From Azolla caroliniana (lineage: Eukaryota; Plantae; Polypodiophyta), in NCBI GenBank assembly GCA_043228905.1, contig JBHGNT010000018.1, positions 248,001 through 312,000 on the forward strand: DNA of 64,000 nucleotides, read 5' to 3'. Shown here one piece after another: positions 38,440 through 50,505 of this stretch (positions are counted from its first letter, which is position 1; the number at the start of each line of letters is the position of its first letter). The notes beneath the pieces are model-generated. The model saw nothing but the letters and a program-made list of their open reading frames with translations, made no database searches and was not told the DNA's origin. The position numbers were made by a program, and so were the translations under genes.

Positions 38440-39070
38440 GGTTGATGATTCATTATGCATTGTTGAGGGGATCTGTGAGTGATCAGTCATGCGTTATCTG
38501 TGGTTCTGCATCTAAGACATTGCATCATGTATTTTGGGAATGTGTTGCCACAAAAAGATTTTGGTTTCGAATTCTTAGGCTTCTAGGTCATAAGTATAGG
38601 TCGGCTATTTTCACATGGGGTGTTATCTTCTGGGGAATGTTGGATCAACAAATGGTTTTTTATCATCATCATTATTCTTCCTTGACATTACTTGTGAGAA
38701 GTTTTCAAGTATATTCTACTTCAAGTTCCTTGGAGGGAATCAAGTTCTTCTCCCCCCCTTCTCCTGGAGTTACGTCTGGCAGATTGTATCCTCTTTGGCT
38801 TTATGGGTTCTTTGGAAAGCTAGGTGTTCCAAACTATACAATGATGAAACATTCACATTGTGGATCAGGTTAAGTCTTTTTGGGACTTATTGGTACATAC
38901 GGTTAAAGGTGATTATGACAGTTATAAGGGTTCTAGAAACACAACTAATTAGACAAGAAGGAGAATTCATCGTATTTGATCAACTATTCTTATTATGTTA
39001 GATGCAAGCGTTGATGTCAGGTAGAACTACGTACCACCTCGTTGTTTGTTCCCGCCTCCGGCACCATTCT
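38440..39070 (+). mobile_element. L1-type LINE ORF2 C-terminal region (zf-RVT), degenerate
   Basis: CVICGSASKTLHHVFWECVATKRFW (zinc-binding CxxC...HxFxxC), LWVLWKARC and a terminal YVPPRCLFPPP. Confidence 0.75.
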
Positions 39071-39199
39071 TAGTGCAAACAACGTGAGTTAACATAGAGG
39101 AGGTAGTTGCGGCATATAGGAAGGGTCTTTTGATGTTAGACGATTTTGGCAGTAATCTCCGAGATGTTGTTGCGAACAATGAAGCATAGGCTTTAGTTT

Positions 39200-40509
39200 C
39201 AATAAGGATGAGTGACGATGTTGGCGGGGGTTGAGCAGATTTTCATAGGGTGAGGTAGAGAGTGCACTTATGTTGTTTTCGTGGGTACAAGATGTTGGTG
39301 ATAATCGGCAATGGCGACATGGTTGATGTGGATTTGAAGAACCTCATTTTCTGTTTTTTGTCAGGATGGTTGATGATGTTGTGGGGGCTGAAGTATATTA
39401 TCACGAGAAGGTGAGGAACTTTTTTAGACTCATTTTTTGCTATCAGTACAGGATGTTAGTGGTAACCGGCGAGATGTTGATGTGGACTGAATGATGAAGA
39501 TTTTATGTTTCTCATTACTAGGATGAGTGAGGATGACAATAGGGATTGAAGCATATTTTCCATTACGAGAGGATGAGTGATGATGGTGTGGGGACCGAAG
39601 CATAGCATGAGGGGATGAGGAAACATATTTAGACTCATTTTGTTGTTATTTGTTTAGGACCTTGGTGGTAATTGGCGAGATGGTTGTTGTGGACTGAATA
39701 AAGTAGATTTTTGTTTTATGATAAGAATGAGTGAAGATGGCATGAGGGTTGAAGCATATTTTCTTCAAGTGAGGAGGACACTAGTATGTCTTTTTGTCAT
39801 TATAGGTACATGATTCTGGTGATAAGTGTCAACATGGCCGATGTGAGAACATGAAGATTGGGATAAAGCGGAGTGTTGATGGTATGGAGGCATACAAGTA
39901 TATTCTCGATGGACTTGATGTGGACTTGATGTGGACATGATTTTGGTGATAATCGTCGACATGGCTGATGCGAGAACATGAAGGTTGTGTTAAAGCGGAG
40001 ATGAAGGACCTGATGTGGACTTGAGGGAGCTGATTTTTTGTTTTATCAAGATGAGGGATGATGTTGTGGAGAATGAAGTAGATTATCATGAGTAGGTGAA
40101 GAACTTTTTTAGACTTTTTTTTGTGTGTCAGTATAGGATGTTGGTGGAAATTGGCGAGGTCGAGATGTTGATGTGGACTGAATGAAGAAGATTTTATGTT
40201 TCTCTCATTAGGATCAAGGATGATGGCGGTAGGGATTAAAGCATATAGACATGACGAGAGGATGAGTGACGATGGTGTGGGGGCCAAAGCAGATCATGAG
40301 GGGTTGAGGAAACATATTTAAACTCATTTTGTTGTTATTTGTACAGGAACTTGGTGGTAATTGGCGAGATGGTTGATGCAGACTGAATGAAGCAAATTTT
40401 TGTGTGATGAGGATGAGTGAAGATGGTGTGGGGGTCGAAGCATATTTTCTTGAGGTGATGAGGACACTATATCATTTTGTGGTTATAAGTACATGATTTT
40501 GGTGATAAG
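39200..40509 (+). repeat. Degenerate hierarchical repeat array (~150-bp subunits, ~690-bp higher-order unit)
   Basis: Recurrent GATGAGTGAxGATGGTGTGGGG..GAAGCATA...GACTCATTTTG...GGTGGTAATTGGCGAGATGGTTGATGTGGACTGAA. 39350-39825 realigns with 40040-40509. Confidence 0.8.
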
Positions 40510-40934
40510 GATATACTGTCAGTTTTAGAAAACATTTCACAAATCAATTCTCCCATTGTTATTATTGTTGAGGATGTTTTTGGAGAAGTGATTGCTACAC
40601 TCATGGTTAATAAGTTGTGGGGTGTCGAGTTTATAGCTAGTGATCTTGGATTGAATCCTAAAGAGACAACTATTGGAGCAACTAGGAACCGCTCGTAAAG
40701 TGACCATCACCAACGACTCTACTACAATTATTGCAACTGCTACCTCAAAAGATGAGATACCGGCCATGATAGCTCAAATTAATAAGAACTTGCAGAAACA
40801 GATTTTGTTTATGATACTATAAAGTTAGCAGACAAAATTGCAAAGCTATTGACAGGTGGTGTAACTGTTATTAAGGTAGGAGCTGCCACTGAAACTGAGT
40901 TACAAGATCGGGAATTAAGAATTGAAGATGCATA
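40507..40934 (+). pseudogene. CPN60A-like: Chaperonin-60 alpha (plastid Cpn60A) gene fragment with frameshifts, an internal deletion and a stop
   Basis: KDILSVLENISQINSPIVIIVEDVFGEVIATLMVNKLWG/VEFIASDLG...[72 protein letters not shown] follows the GroEL/Cpn60 apical-to-intermediate region. ETDxVYD and ETELxDRxLRIEDA are alpha-subunit-like. Confidence 0.9.
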
Positions 40935-41689
40935 AGTATGATACATTTCCTGCCATTGGTCGTGGAGATGAAGGACATGGTCATTTCGACATGGGAGATG
41001 ATAGTTGTGGGCTATCCAAGGCGGCCCACCACGATTTATTCCAAGCGGAATGTGCACCATGGAATGTTTGGTGTCTACAAATGCAACAGTTGTAGCAGGT
41101 GTTGTAATACAAAAAATTTCCATCCATGTTTTGTTGAAGCAGGTGTTCAAGTACAGGAATTTGCTAAGTATGTTGTAGGTGACAAATCAAAGTCTGTCAT
41201 TCACTAACTCAAGTTGAGCCTAATGTTATGGCTGAAAATAGTTTTAGCCTACAATGTAGAGAATTTTCAGATAATCCAATGGCACTGGTATGTGTTGATT
41301 ATTCAATGGGAGAAAGTTCGGATGAATCAGCCTCAAAAAGGGGTTCTGCTACACAATCATTACATATAGGATGAATAATGTCATTCTTTTTAGTTTTTAC
41401 TCTACTTCTTTGTGATTCGTTATAGGTCATCATGGCTAGAGCCATTGTAATGTTTCAACTCAATGCTTTCGTCATGTATGCAGAAGCTCTACTAATGCAG
41501 AATAATAAAAAATTGAAAAGAAAAAAAGAAAAAAAGAAAATATAACCAAGACACTACCCCACTTTTACATACAAGGGGAGCCAATATAAGTGGTGCAAAG
41601 CTTCAAATATCTTGTTTAATGTCCCATCAACAAGTACGTGGAATGTATGCTATGAGTGGAGACTTCAAACATGTTTGAATAGTTCTTGT

Positions 41690-42830
41690 GTTTCAAAATT
41701 GATGCAACCAAAATGATGCTCGAGGGTGGGAAGTGAAATTCATGTTATTCAATGTGATAGGGGTCCAAGCATTGCTTTATGGAGTGGAGGTGTGGGGTGG
41801 CACTATCTCACTTGGTGCATGGAATGAATAGAGGAAATCCAAAACATGTTCTTATGTAGACAATTCGGGGTAAAATCCTCAACATAATACCCTATCATGC
41901 TATTAGAAACAGGTGCTTCGCCCATAGAGGTACTGCCAATGCAAAGAGTATACAAGTATATCCCAAAAGTCAAGAATATGGTTGATCATAGACTACCCAA
42001 ACAAGCTTTGAACATAGGAGGAAAGGTACAAAAACTAATAATGCCAAAATCCTCTCATTTGGTTGGGTGCTTGACATTATGAAATGGTTTAAGAGCTAGG
42101 GAGTAGTAACCTATTGGAGCTCTCATGTGATGTTATGAAGTGTAAAGAATCAGGTATGATTCTTGTGCAGCCGAAGAGATGTGTGTTATGTGTGTGTATG
42201 TGTGAGAGAAAAGAGAAGAGAGAAGAGAAAACACAAGATAGATTAGATAGAATGGAAAATAGAATACTCAAGAAGAAGGTGTATATTCACAAGGAGAATA
42301 TGAGATACAAAAATATAGCATTACAAGGGGTCACAACCGACACTTTATGAAGTAGGAGGAGGGTGCTTTATATAAGATCACTCTCTCTCTTTATTAACTC
42401 AGTACAACAACCACTCACTTTTGGGAAATGTGGAGACTCATTAGTCATGGGGAATATAAAACTCATTAGTTATGTGTCATAGAATATGATTCTATGACAC
42501 ATAGTTAATGTGTAGAGAGTAGTGGTGTGACTTTTGACCTTTGAGTGCTCATAGATTCTCAAAGGAGGCACGAAGGATGAAGTTGCAAGATGCTAAAATG
42601 TCAAAATTGGAATATTAATCCGCACAATATGGCCCCCAAATGCATCTCACTATTCCATGTGCCTTGGGCCTTGGCTGTCAAAGAGCCTTAACACTTCTTC
42701 GAAGTCACTCACAAAAGTTTAATATGTGTTGAGGTAGCATCATCAACTAAATATGAAGATATGCAAGGTATTCAACGAAAAACTAGTGGAGGATGAATAT
42801 CACTTACTTATCACACGTTCGGTGTAGCTA
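41690..42830 (+). mobile_element. LINE fragment (same type as 2320-4250) interrupted by a solo LTR
   Basis: LLYGVEVWG, IMLLETGASPIEV, DHRLPKQA; beyond the LTR, an EDEYHLL motif at ~42789. Confidence 0.7.
42141..42570 (-). mobile_element. Solo LTR of the copia family at 1292-1742, inverted
   Basis: The reverse complement aligns to ~1333-1742 (TTTGAGAATCTATGA...CTCAAAGGTCAA.AGTCACACCACTACTCTCT...TGATTCTTTACA). TG/CA ends; flanks TGAAG and CGAAG. Confidence 0.88.
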
Positions 42831-43094
42831 TCCATAAACAACAAAAGTAGCTATATTCGGAAACAAGCCCTCACAGGTCATAGTTATGAACCATTTCAAT
42901 ACTTCTTCAACCTGCTCTTGTTCAACATAATCTTTATAAAAAAAACTGAATGCTACAACAAACTTTCAAGGTTGATAACAATGTATTCCATGCTTGTACA
43001 TCTCGGTTTTGAAGGCAATCAAATACGTTGTGTGCTTTTTCAAGAGAACCACATTTCACATTCGTGACTGTAAACTCAACAAGTATGCTTCCTC

Positions 43095-43480
43095 TTTCCA
43101 CATCAACCATCTCGCTGGATTACCACCAAAATCCTGTACCAACAAATTAAGTCGAGTTTCCTCCTCTCCTCATGAGCTTATTCTTCGACCCCCATACCAT
43201 CATTACTCATTCTTATCAAAAACATAAAAACTACTTCATTAAGTCCTCATCAACCATCTTGCCAATTCCTACACATAAACAATAAAATGAGTCTAAATTC
43301 CTCATCTCTTCATGAGAATATGCTTCGGCCTCCACACCATCATCACTCATCCTTATCCAAAACATAAATTCTAGTTCATTAAGTCCACATCAACCATCTC
43401 GCCGAATACCACCAAAATCCTACACATACAACAATACAATGAGTCTTGTTTCCTCATCTCCTCATGAGAATATGCTTCAA
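43095..43480 (-). repeat. Inverted copies of the 39200-40509 repeat family (about 2.5 subunits)
   Basis: TCCACATCAACCATCTCGCC..TACCACCAAAATCC...AATGAGTC and CCACACCATCATCACTCATCC are reverse complements of the array subunit. Confidence 0.8.
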
Positions 43481-44201
43481 TTTTTATGTGTGAAACTTGA
43501 GTGTTAATTTGTTGATCAATTGATTTCTCGTCTTTTCAACTATAGTTTTGTTTGAATGATTTTCAAGCTAAGAATAGCAAAGGATTATTGAATATTTTGA
43601 AGATGAATGAAGAATCAAGGCATGTTGTGTGTTGCGTGATTTGGTGGATCTATAGCTCTTTGGTTGTGATAAGGCCTTCCATTGTGGAGGGGCCCAAATG
43701 TTGGTTGTGATCAATATCCAATACCTTGTCCATCATGGTATTGACGACATTGGTGGTTAAGTTCATTACATCCATGTGGGTGCGAAAGAGTTCATTGATA
43801 TGCATGAACTTCAAACAAAACCTTAATACAAGCTCTCTTCTTGTGGTCATAATAGAATATGACAACACAAATGCTCAAACTGGAAGAGGGATTCTAGTAA
43901 TATCACGTGGGGAAGATGAAACATCATGTAAATGTGGTTGTGAGCCTCCTATATGGATAGCTTATGATCAAACATGCATTAAAAAGTCACACATACCGTT
44001 TTGAAGGTAGGAAAGTGGCCAATTAGGAGTTGATTATACCAATTGGTGGCGGTTTAGCCATCCAAGAAGAGCCTAAATTCCATGCACTTCAATAGATGGT
44101 TCATTATGTGGTACATGTGGTTGGCACTCCGTACAAAGTGAAAGATGGTGGTGATGTGCTCTTCGGGACTAGTCCCTTCACAAAACTAATGATAGAGATA
44201 T

Positions 44202-44262
44202 TGTTACGGGCATGACCATATAATATCGCGTGGTGATATATTATATGGCCATGCCCGTAACA
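44202..44262. mobile_element. 61-bp foldback mini-element with TG...CA ends, 25-bp TIRs and a 5-bp TSD (GATAT)
   Basis: GATAT|TGTTACGGGCATGACCATATAATAT-CGCGTGGTGAT-ATATTATATGGCCATGCCCGTAACA|GATAT. One mismatch between the arms. Confidence 0.8.
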
Positions 44263-46049
44263 GATATGGCTTCTAATCAATCCCTAAAAGTTGAGGGATT
44301 TCAACGATGGCAATGTGGAAGGTGGCACTACGCTACCAAGTTGACCTGAATTGTGGCATTTGTTAGGTTGCAAACCAATGTTGCCTCACTCTCATGGTTG
44401 TGAAAATGACTGCACACATCATCATTGTATGTCAAAGCTAAATTGTGAATGTTGGCAGATATTGAATGAAATTAAGTTAAGGGATGCATGCTCAAACACA
44501 TTAGAGCTCCCAAGGTCTCATAGGTGATATGGATCGTTGGACCCATATATTGGTATGCATTGATGCTAGAAAAATGTGTGTACAACTAGATAGTTTGTGG
44601 AGATCATCTTACTCCAATCATCAAAAATATTGCCTTTTGTTGTTATTGTCTAAGTAGCTCCATCATGGATACCAAGTGTTGTCGCATATCGCAAATGCCC
44701 TCTCTTGGACCTTTTACACAGGTCTTTGATGTTGAGGCCCCATACTAAAGTAGAGTTCGATTTTTCGAATAAGACAATGCAAATGACAATAATTCAGTGT
44801 TGTGAACGTATGTTAAATCATACGATATTGATTAACTCTCTCTTGCAAATATAGGCCATCTTCTATTTCTCTCTTACAAATATGTGGACAATGGGGCATT
44901 TGGTGAACTTATGCAGGTACATAGTGGGGCACCATGCCATTATGCTTTAAATACTTTTTTATTGATCTTTCGAAAGAATCGATGTCCCTCTAAATTAGTC
45001 TTACGACCTCTTAATGTACATGGACTTTAACCATTTCAAATATTATGGCCTTTCAAATATCTTGGGTGACCAACATTGTTGTGCTATGTTCTAATTGCCT
45101 AATTGTGCCTACCATTTTTTTTTCAATATTTCTTGTTTAACTTTGCTCATAGCCTTCAACGTTCTATTCATGAATCACAGGTTCATGGTAACCATGGGTA
45201 AGCAATGACACTATCGGATATATTTGGGATGCCTTCAAATTATACCAACACAAAAAATAATTTTGATTTATGATTAAGTGCATCTCTAATGTAGGGAATA
45301 CTCTACTATCAAGATCTTGAGGATGTAACCCATGCTTTTTGTATAAATATAATCATTGAGTTAAAAGATGATAGGAAAAGGATTTTAGTGTATGTTAAAA
45401 CCAGGTTAAGATCAATAATGTGAGTTATTTCACAAAAAGTATATGGGGAATTGGAACCTAATTTTAATTAGGCTTTACGAAGTCATTTGAAGTTGCATGG
45501 TTGAAATAGTTAATTATGTATTTTTCCATGAAGATCACACAAATCATTGCTTGATAGGAAGGGAATCACGCCTACCTTTGATTGTTCAATCCATCAGATG
45601 ACATATATTTGGCTAGTCGATGCATACCACTCTAAAACCTTACAATGCATATTAACATGGTAATCCTTGATATGTCACTGGAAATTATCAAGACCAAATT
45701 TGCATTTAAGTCATCACTCATTGAAGCCAAGACAACATATAATTGACGAAAAAGAAAAGAAAATGTATTATGGGGTCATGTAGAGTCAAAGACTCAGATG
45801 GCTATTATCGCAACGTGAATGAAGTTTCTTTCCCAAATTGCCATGATGTGCAAGTTCCAAGCTTTTGCACACGTCAGCAATATGGATCAAACCAACTCGA
45901 TGAATAAAACCTTCCACATCAGAGTTTTAGAAAAAGAGCCTTTTTTGGTGGGCAAGTGTGCATCAACACGGGATGGTTTTACAGGGATGATAACGGTAGA
46001 AGATTCGACTAGGAAGTTTGGAATGAACCCTCGACGACAAAAAGGATCG

Positions 46050-46700
46050 ATTGATGTATGACAACAATGCATGTACATAAGAAGAGCACGCACACACACA
46101 TTAGCATACAGGCATACATAAATCTATCCATCCATCCATACATACATACATACATGCATGCATGCATGCATGCATATATTGACATACATACATACATTGA
46201 CATACATACATGTGTATACATTAACATACATATGTACATACATAATAGACGCATGCATATGTACATACATATATGTATACATTAACATACTTACATATAT
46301 GCATACGTACATACATACATATACATACTGATACACGGGCATTGACATGCATACATACACGTACATACACATGCATACATACGCACATATATACATATAT
46401 GTATGTGTGTACATATGTATGTATAGAAGCATACATGGAGCAAGGACATATGGTTCTTTCTTTAGTGAAGGGTTGTGGACGGACGGACGGACGGACGGAC
46501 ACACAGACAGACCGTGTCAAGCAAGAGCAGAGGAAGGAAGGCGAGAGAACCCACAGTCTCTATATATACATACAGAGAATCCACAGGAAAGGAAGCAAAA
46601 ACGGTGGGTCGCCATCAATCTCAATCCATACATACCATACCATACCATACCATACCATTCAGACATTACACACACACACACACACAGACAGACGCAAAAC
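46050..46700. repeat. Low-complexity (CATA/TACA)n, (GGAC)n, (CATAC)n and (CA)n tract
   Basis: Visible directly; it generates the many spurious YMCV-rich ORFs in the track. Confidence 0.9.
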
Positions 46701-46860
46701 GCACGCAAAACGCTCAACGCAGGCCCTGACCAAAACGCAATTTCTGCAGGAGAAGAAAGAAGTCGAAGAACGCAGAAGCCACAATTAGGTTATACATTCC
46801 TCACCCGTAAACAAGAGGAAGACGAAGAGCAGGAGCAGGAACCCAGAGAAGAAGAAATCG

Positions 46861-47400
46861 ATGGCTTTCGTTGTTGCACTACGATTACGAGATTCCGTGC
46901 TTCGGAGAAGATCTACTACTAATCCCGTGAGGTGCTTCTCCTCATCCTCATCGTCTTCTTCTTCTTCTTCTTCCTCCTCTTCGTCGCCTTCATGGTTATC
47001 TACGGCAGAGGAAGGATGGACCCTCGCTGATGAGGCTGCAGAATTGAATGAAGAAAAAGAAGAAGGAAAAGAAAAGTTAAAGGTACCGAAAGCAACGTCC
47101 TCCCTAGATCAGATCTACTCTGATTTGCGATTCCAGAAACTCGCGCCAACATGGCTTCCTTTCCGTCCTGAATCCTCGTTTTTCTTGCCTCCAAGTCCAC
47201 CCCTCTCAAAGATTATTCAAGACCTTAAAGATGATTTCGTACACCTTGCAGCAAGTAGTTCTGGAACCACAAATCTTCCCATTGAAGAGCTTAATATTGC
47301 TCTAAATCCTCTTGGTTGGGTCTCACCTGATGCTATTCGTGAGCGCATTGCGGATGCATATTCTTCGACAGCATCCAATGATGAACCCTCACACATCTGA
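46861..47400 (+). CDS. Uncharacterised plant protein, 179 aa, intronless, with a probable organellar (mitochondrial-like) presequence
   Basis: ATG after a GAA-rich leader; R/S-rich N-terminus (LRLRDSVLRRRS..VRCFSSS). Motifs LAPTWLPFRPESSFFLPP and LNPLGWVSPD resemble the APDWLPFxPGxSYWVPP / RGWPS motifs of an uncharacterised land-plant family (recalled, not searched). Confidence 0.75.
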   Translation: MAFVVALRLRDSVLRRRSTTNPVRCFSSSSSSSSSSSSSSSSPSWLSTAEEGWTLADEAAELNEEKEEGKEKLKVPKATSSLDQIYSDLRFQKLAPTWLPFRPESSFFLPPSPPLSKIIQDLKDDFVHLAASSSGTTNLPIEELNIALNPLGWVSPDAIRERIADAYSSTASNDEPSHI

Positions 47401-50182
47401 AGGTGATTACCACTATTTTTTGCATATCTTTTCTGCCCGAAGCTTCATTCCATTTTTTTTTGAGTGCATGATGATGTATGAGCAACATTGCCCACCTCAT
47501 AAATGTATCATGCATGCATCATATGCTCATTATATCATATACATGTCATATGTAAATCACATCCATTTTAGGTTATGTTTTCCTTGTAACCTTCATGTCA
47601 TTATTTGGATGCACAAATGTTGCAGCATATCATATTCAACATCATCACATATCATATTTGTCATCGTATACGCATCACAGGCATGGGTGCGTATGCAATG
47701 ACATATGAAGATGCATCTTTGCTGGGTTGTCAGCTGATGCTATTCACCAAATTATCTCCGATGCCTATTTCAGGGCTGAGCCTTCTTCAGGTAGCAAATG
47801 ATGAGCCCCTCATGCACATTGAAAGGCACTATACTCTATGAAACAAAATTCTCATATTCCTTTTCCTTGTGGTTTTTGCATTTGACATTTCTTCGGTACT
47901 CAATTTCATTTCATCTATGCAGTGTGTACACATCATTGTATTTGAAACCACATGTGCACAGTCTCGACTACATCAAGCCATAGATGCACATGATACATGC
48001 ATCAGGTATGCAACCATATATTTAGCATATACACCATGCAACTTTGCATGCATATTCACCCACATTTGCGTCAGATTTTTTCCATGGGCAATGTGTTTTA
48101 CCACACAAATGTATTATATGTCCATCATGTAGTATGCGCACCTTATAGAAAATGTATTTTGGTGCATCATTTTTTCTTGATAGGGATCATGGATAATCAT
48201 GCAAGGACAGAGAATATATGTCATCGTGGGAACATGTTTAACCCCACTAGACATTAGAAAATCCATCATACACTTATCATGGCATTTGCTATATATTCCC
48301 GCCATAAGAAACTTGTTTCACAACATAAGGACATAGAAAATGTATGAAGTATGTTTTTATTAGGTATTGAACAGGGAGGGTTTTGTTGTTTATTTATTAT
48401 AGTGTAATGTGCTCTAGATGAATATATGATGTTAGAGACCTAGTATTAATGAATCTTTCTTGGCATCACTTATACAGATGTGCTCCAGATGGATAATGAT
48501 TCTTCACCTTGCATACGAATAGGAAGACTGGATACATCCTTCAAATTGAAGCTACAGATGAATATCGTGCTCAGCGTAGTTTATGAATCGCATTGAATGC
48601 TAGTGACCTGATATCATTTAACCAAAGCTAATATTTAAATATAGGAAGAAGTGTAACCGTCGTGTTTGGCTTGTAAAGAATCACACTTTTGGCTCATAAA
48701 GAAAGTGTGATTTGGCAATTTACTAAAGGTGACATTTGTAGAGGATCTTGGTATTTCATTTGCATATACTTTGACCCATGTCTCATTTGCATGATCTCAC
48801 TCATCTCAGACGGAAACAGTGGGTGGTATAGCTTCTAAAAATCCTGCATTCCATTATATATCATAGATAGGAAGTTCTGATACATTCAACATGTATAATG
48901 GTGTATATACACATTTTAGATCACTTTCAATTGGTTCTGTATAAACATTGGGTTTATATTTAGTGTTAGATCACTTTCACTTGGTCTTAATAAACTTTTT
49001 GTATATATCGTGTTTTATCACTTCCGATTGATTCTTTCATTTTAAATTTGTTTTGGAGGAATGATGTGTTGATATTAATGAACTCAATTTAATCTCTTCT
49101 ACTGTTCTATTTGGATTTTCCATAATTTCAATATTAACATGCTCTGTTGATTCATTCTAAACATGAGATGTGCATTAAATTTTGCGCACAAACCTGTTAT
49201 CAAAGCAATTTAATAGTGTAGCCATGTAGCTAATTAAGAGCTTGCTTGATACACCAATGTTAAGAGCTCTTATATACATACATATATGTACATATATTCT
49301 CTGATTCAAATTGATTTAGGCATACTAACAGCCATCTTCACAAGGTAGTTTTTGGGTAGCGAAGCTTTTTATTTGCAAATTCAAAGTGCAAAGTAGAATG
49401 AACACATGTCAATGATGTTATAAGATCCATGGGCAATGTGAACATTAAAGAAAAAGACAAAGGATACTCTATAAACAAACGACAAACGAAGTCAGAGTTC
49501 TTTGGTTTATCTTCTTCCATCTTCCTTATTGGTATACAAGCAATGATTGATCACGAAGGTGGATGGTACTTCGTGAAATGAGAATTAGGTGATACATAGT
49601 CCCCTTAAGAAAATTTAATTACATAAATTCTTTGAGAGAGATTGCTAGCAATACGATGAATATTGTCCTCTAGGTCTATAAAGATGACCTTAGAGGCCAC
49701 AATAATACAATAACACAGTAGCATATGATAGTCAAATTCAGAAACTTGTTCAGGGCACTAACTTGTTGCTTCTCATATCAAGGATCCATGAATGGGCAAA
49801 ATAGTAGTTGCGTTAACAGGAAAGATCTCTAGAAGAAGCGTGAAAGAATCATGGTCAAATATTCCTTTCAACAATTTCCAAGTCTGTTTGGTTTTTTCCC
49901 TTTTTCTCTCTCCTCCATATGCATTGGAGTTAAAAGGTTGGTTCTTCAACAAGTTTCAGCAATGCAATGAAGGCCATCACTTTGTCTTGTTGACCACAAA
50001 CAAAGTATGGGTCATATTAGAAAACGCATGTAATGAAGGAGCAACTCATATAGAAACCATAGAAAGAGATAAGTCATATAGAAGCAATGGCATACATATG
50101 GACTCAATTCTACACTAGAAGATGCTTTTGTAGCAGAGCAATGCATGTAATTTGGCATATGAGGAGCAGTCCTCTGCATTCC

Positions 50183-50505
50183 TTCAAACAATCCATACAT
50201 AGACCATAGTCAGGCTATAGTGTACTTGTTTGTGTCATACTGCAGCAGTATAGAAAACAATATGAGAGAAATAACAATGTACCATGAGACACTATTATTT
50301 GTTGGAAATATGATTGTCACGATGCTATGAGTTGAGGGGTATATTCTTCAAACATTCCATACATAGACCATAGTCAGGCTATAGTGTACTTGTTTGTGTC
50401 ATACTGCAGCAGTATAGAAAACAATATGAGAGAAATAACAATGTACCATGAGACACTATTATTTGTAGGAAATATGATTTGTCACGATGCTATGAGTTGA
50501 GGGGT
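50183..50505. repeat. Near-perfect tandem duplication, 164-bp period
   Basis: TTCAAACA.TCCATACATAGACCATAGTCAGG...GAGTTGAGGGGT starts at 50183 and 50347. Confidence 0.9.

Noticed and set aside
40507-40934. Bacterial groEL contamination or horizontal transfer
   Set aside because: The residues fit plant plastid Cpn60-alpha, and the fragment is frameshifted and embedded in plant repeats.
46009-46922. Cluster of overlapping 66-191-aa ORFs
   Set aside because: Translations of (CATA)n-type microsatellites with no stop codons.
49551-49577. Short inverted repeat TCACGAAG...CTTCGTGA
   Set aside because: 8-bp arms are expected by chance in 64 kb; no TSD.
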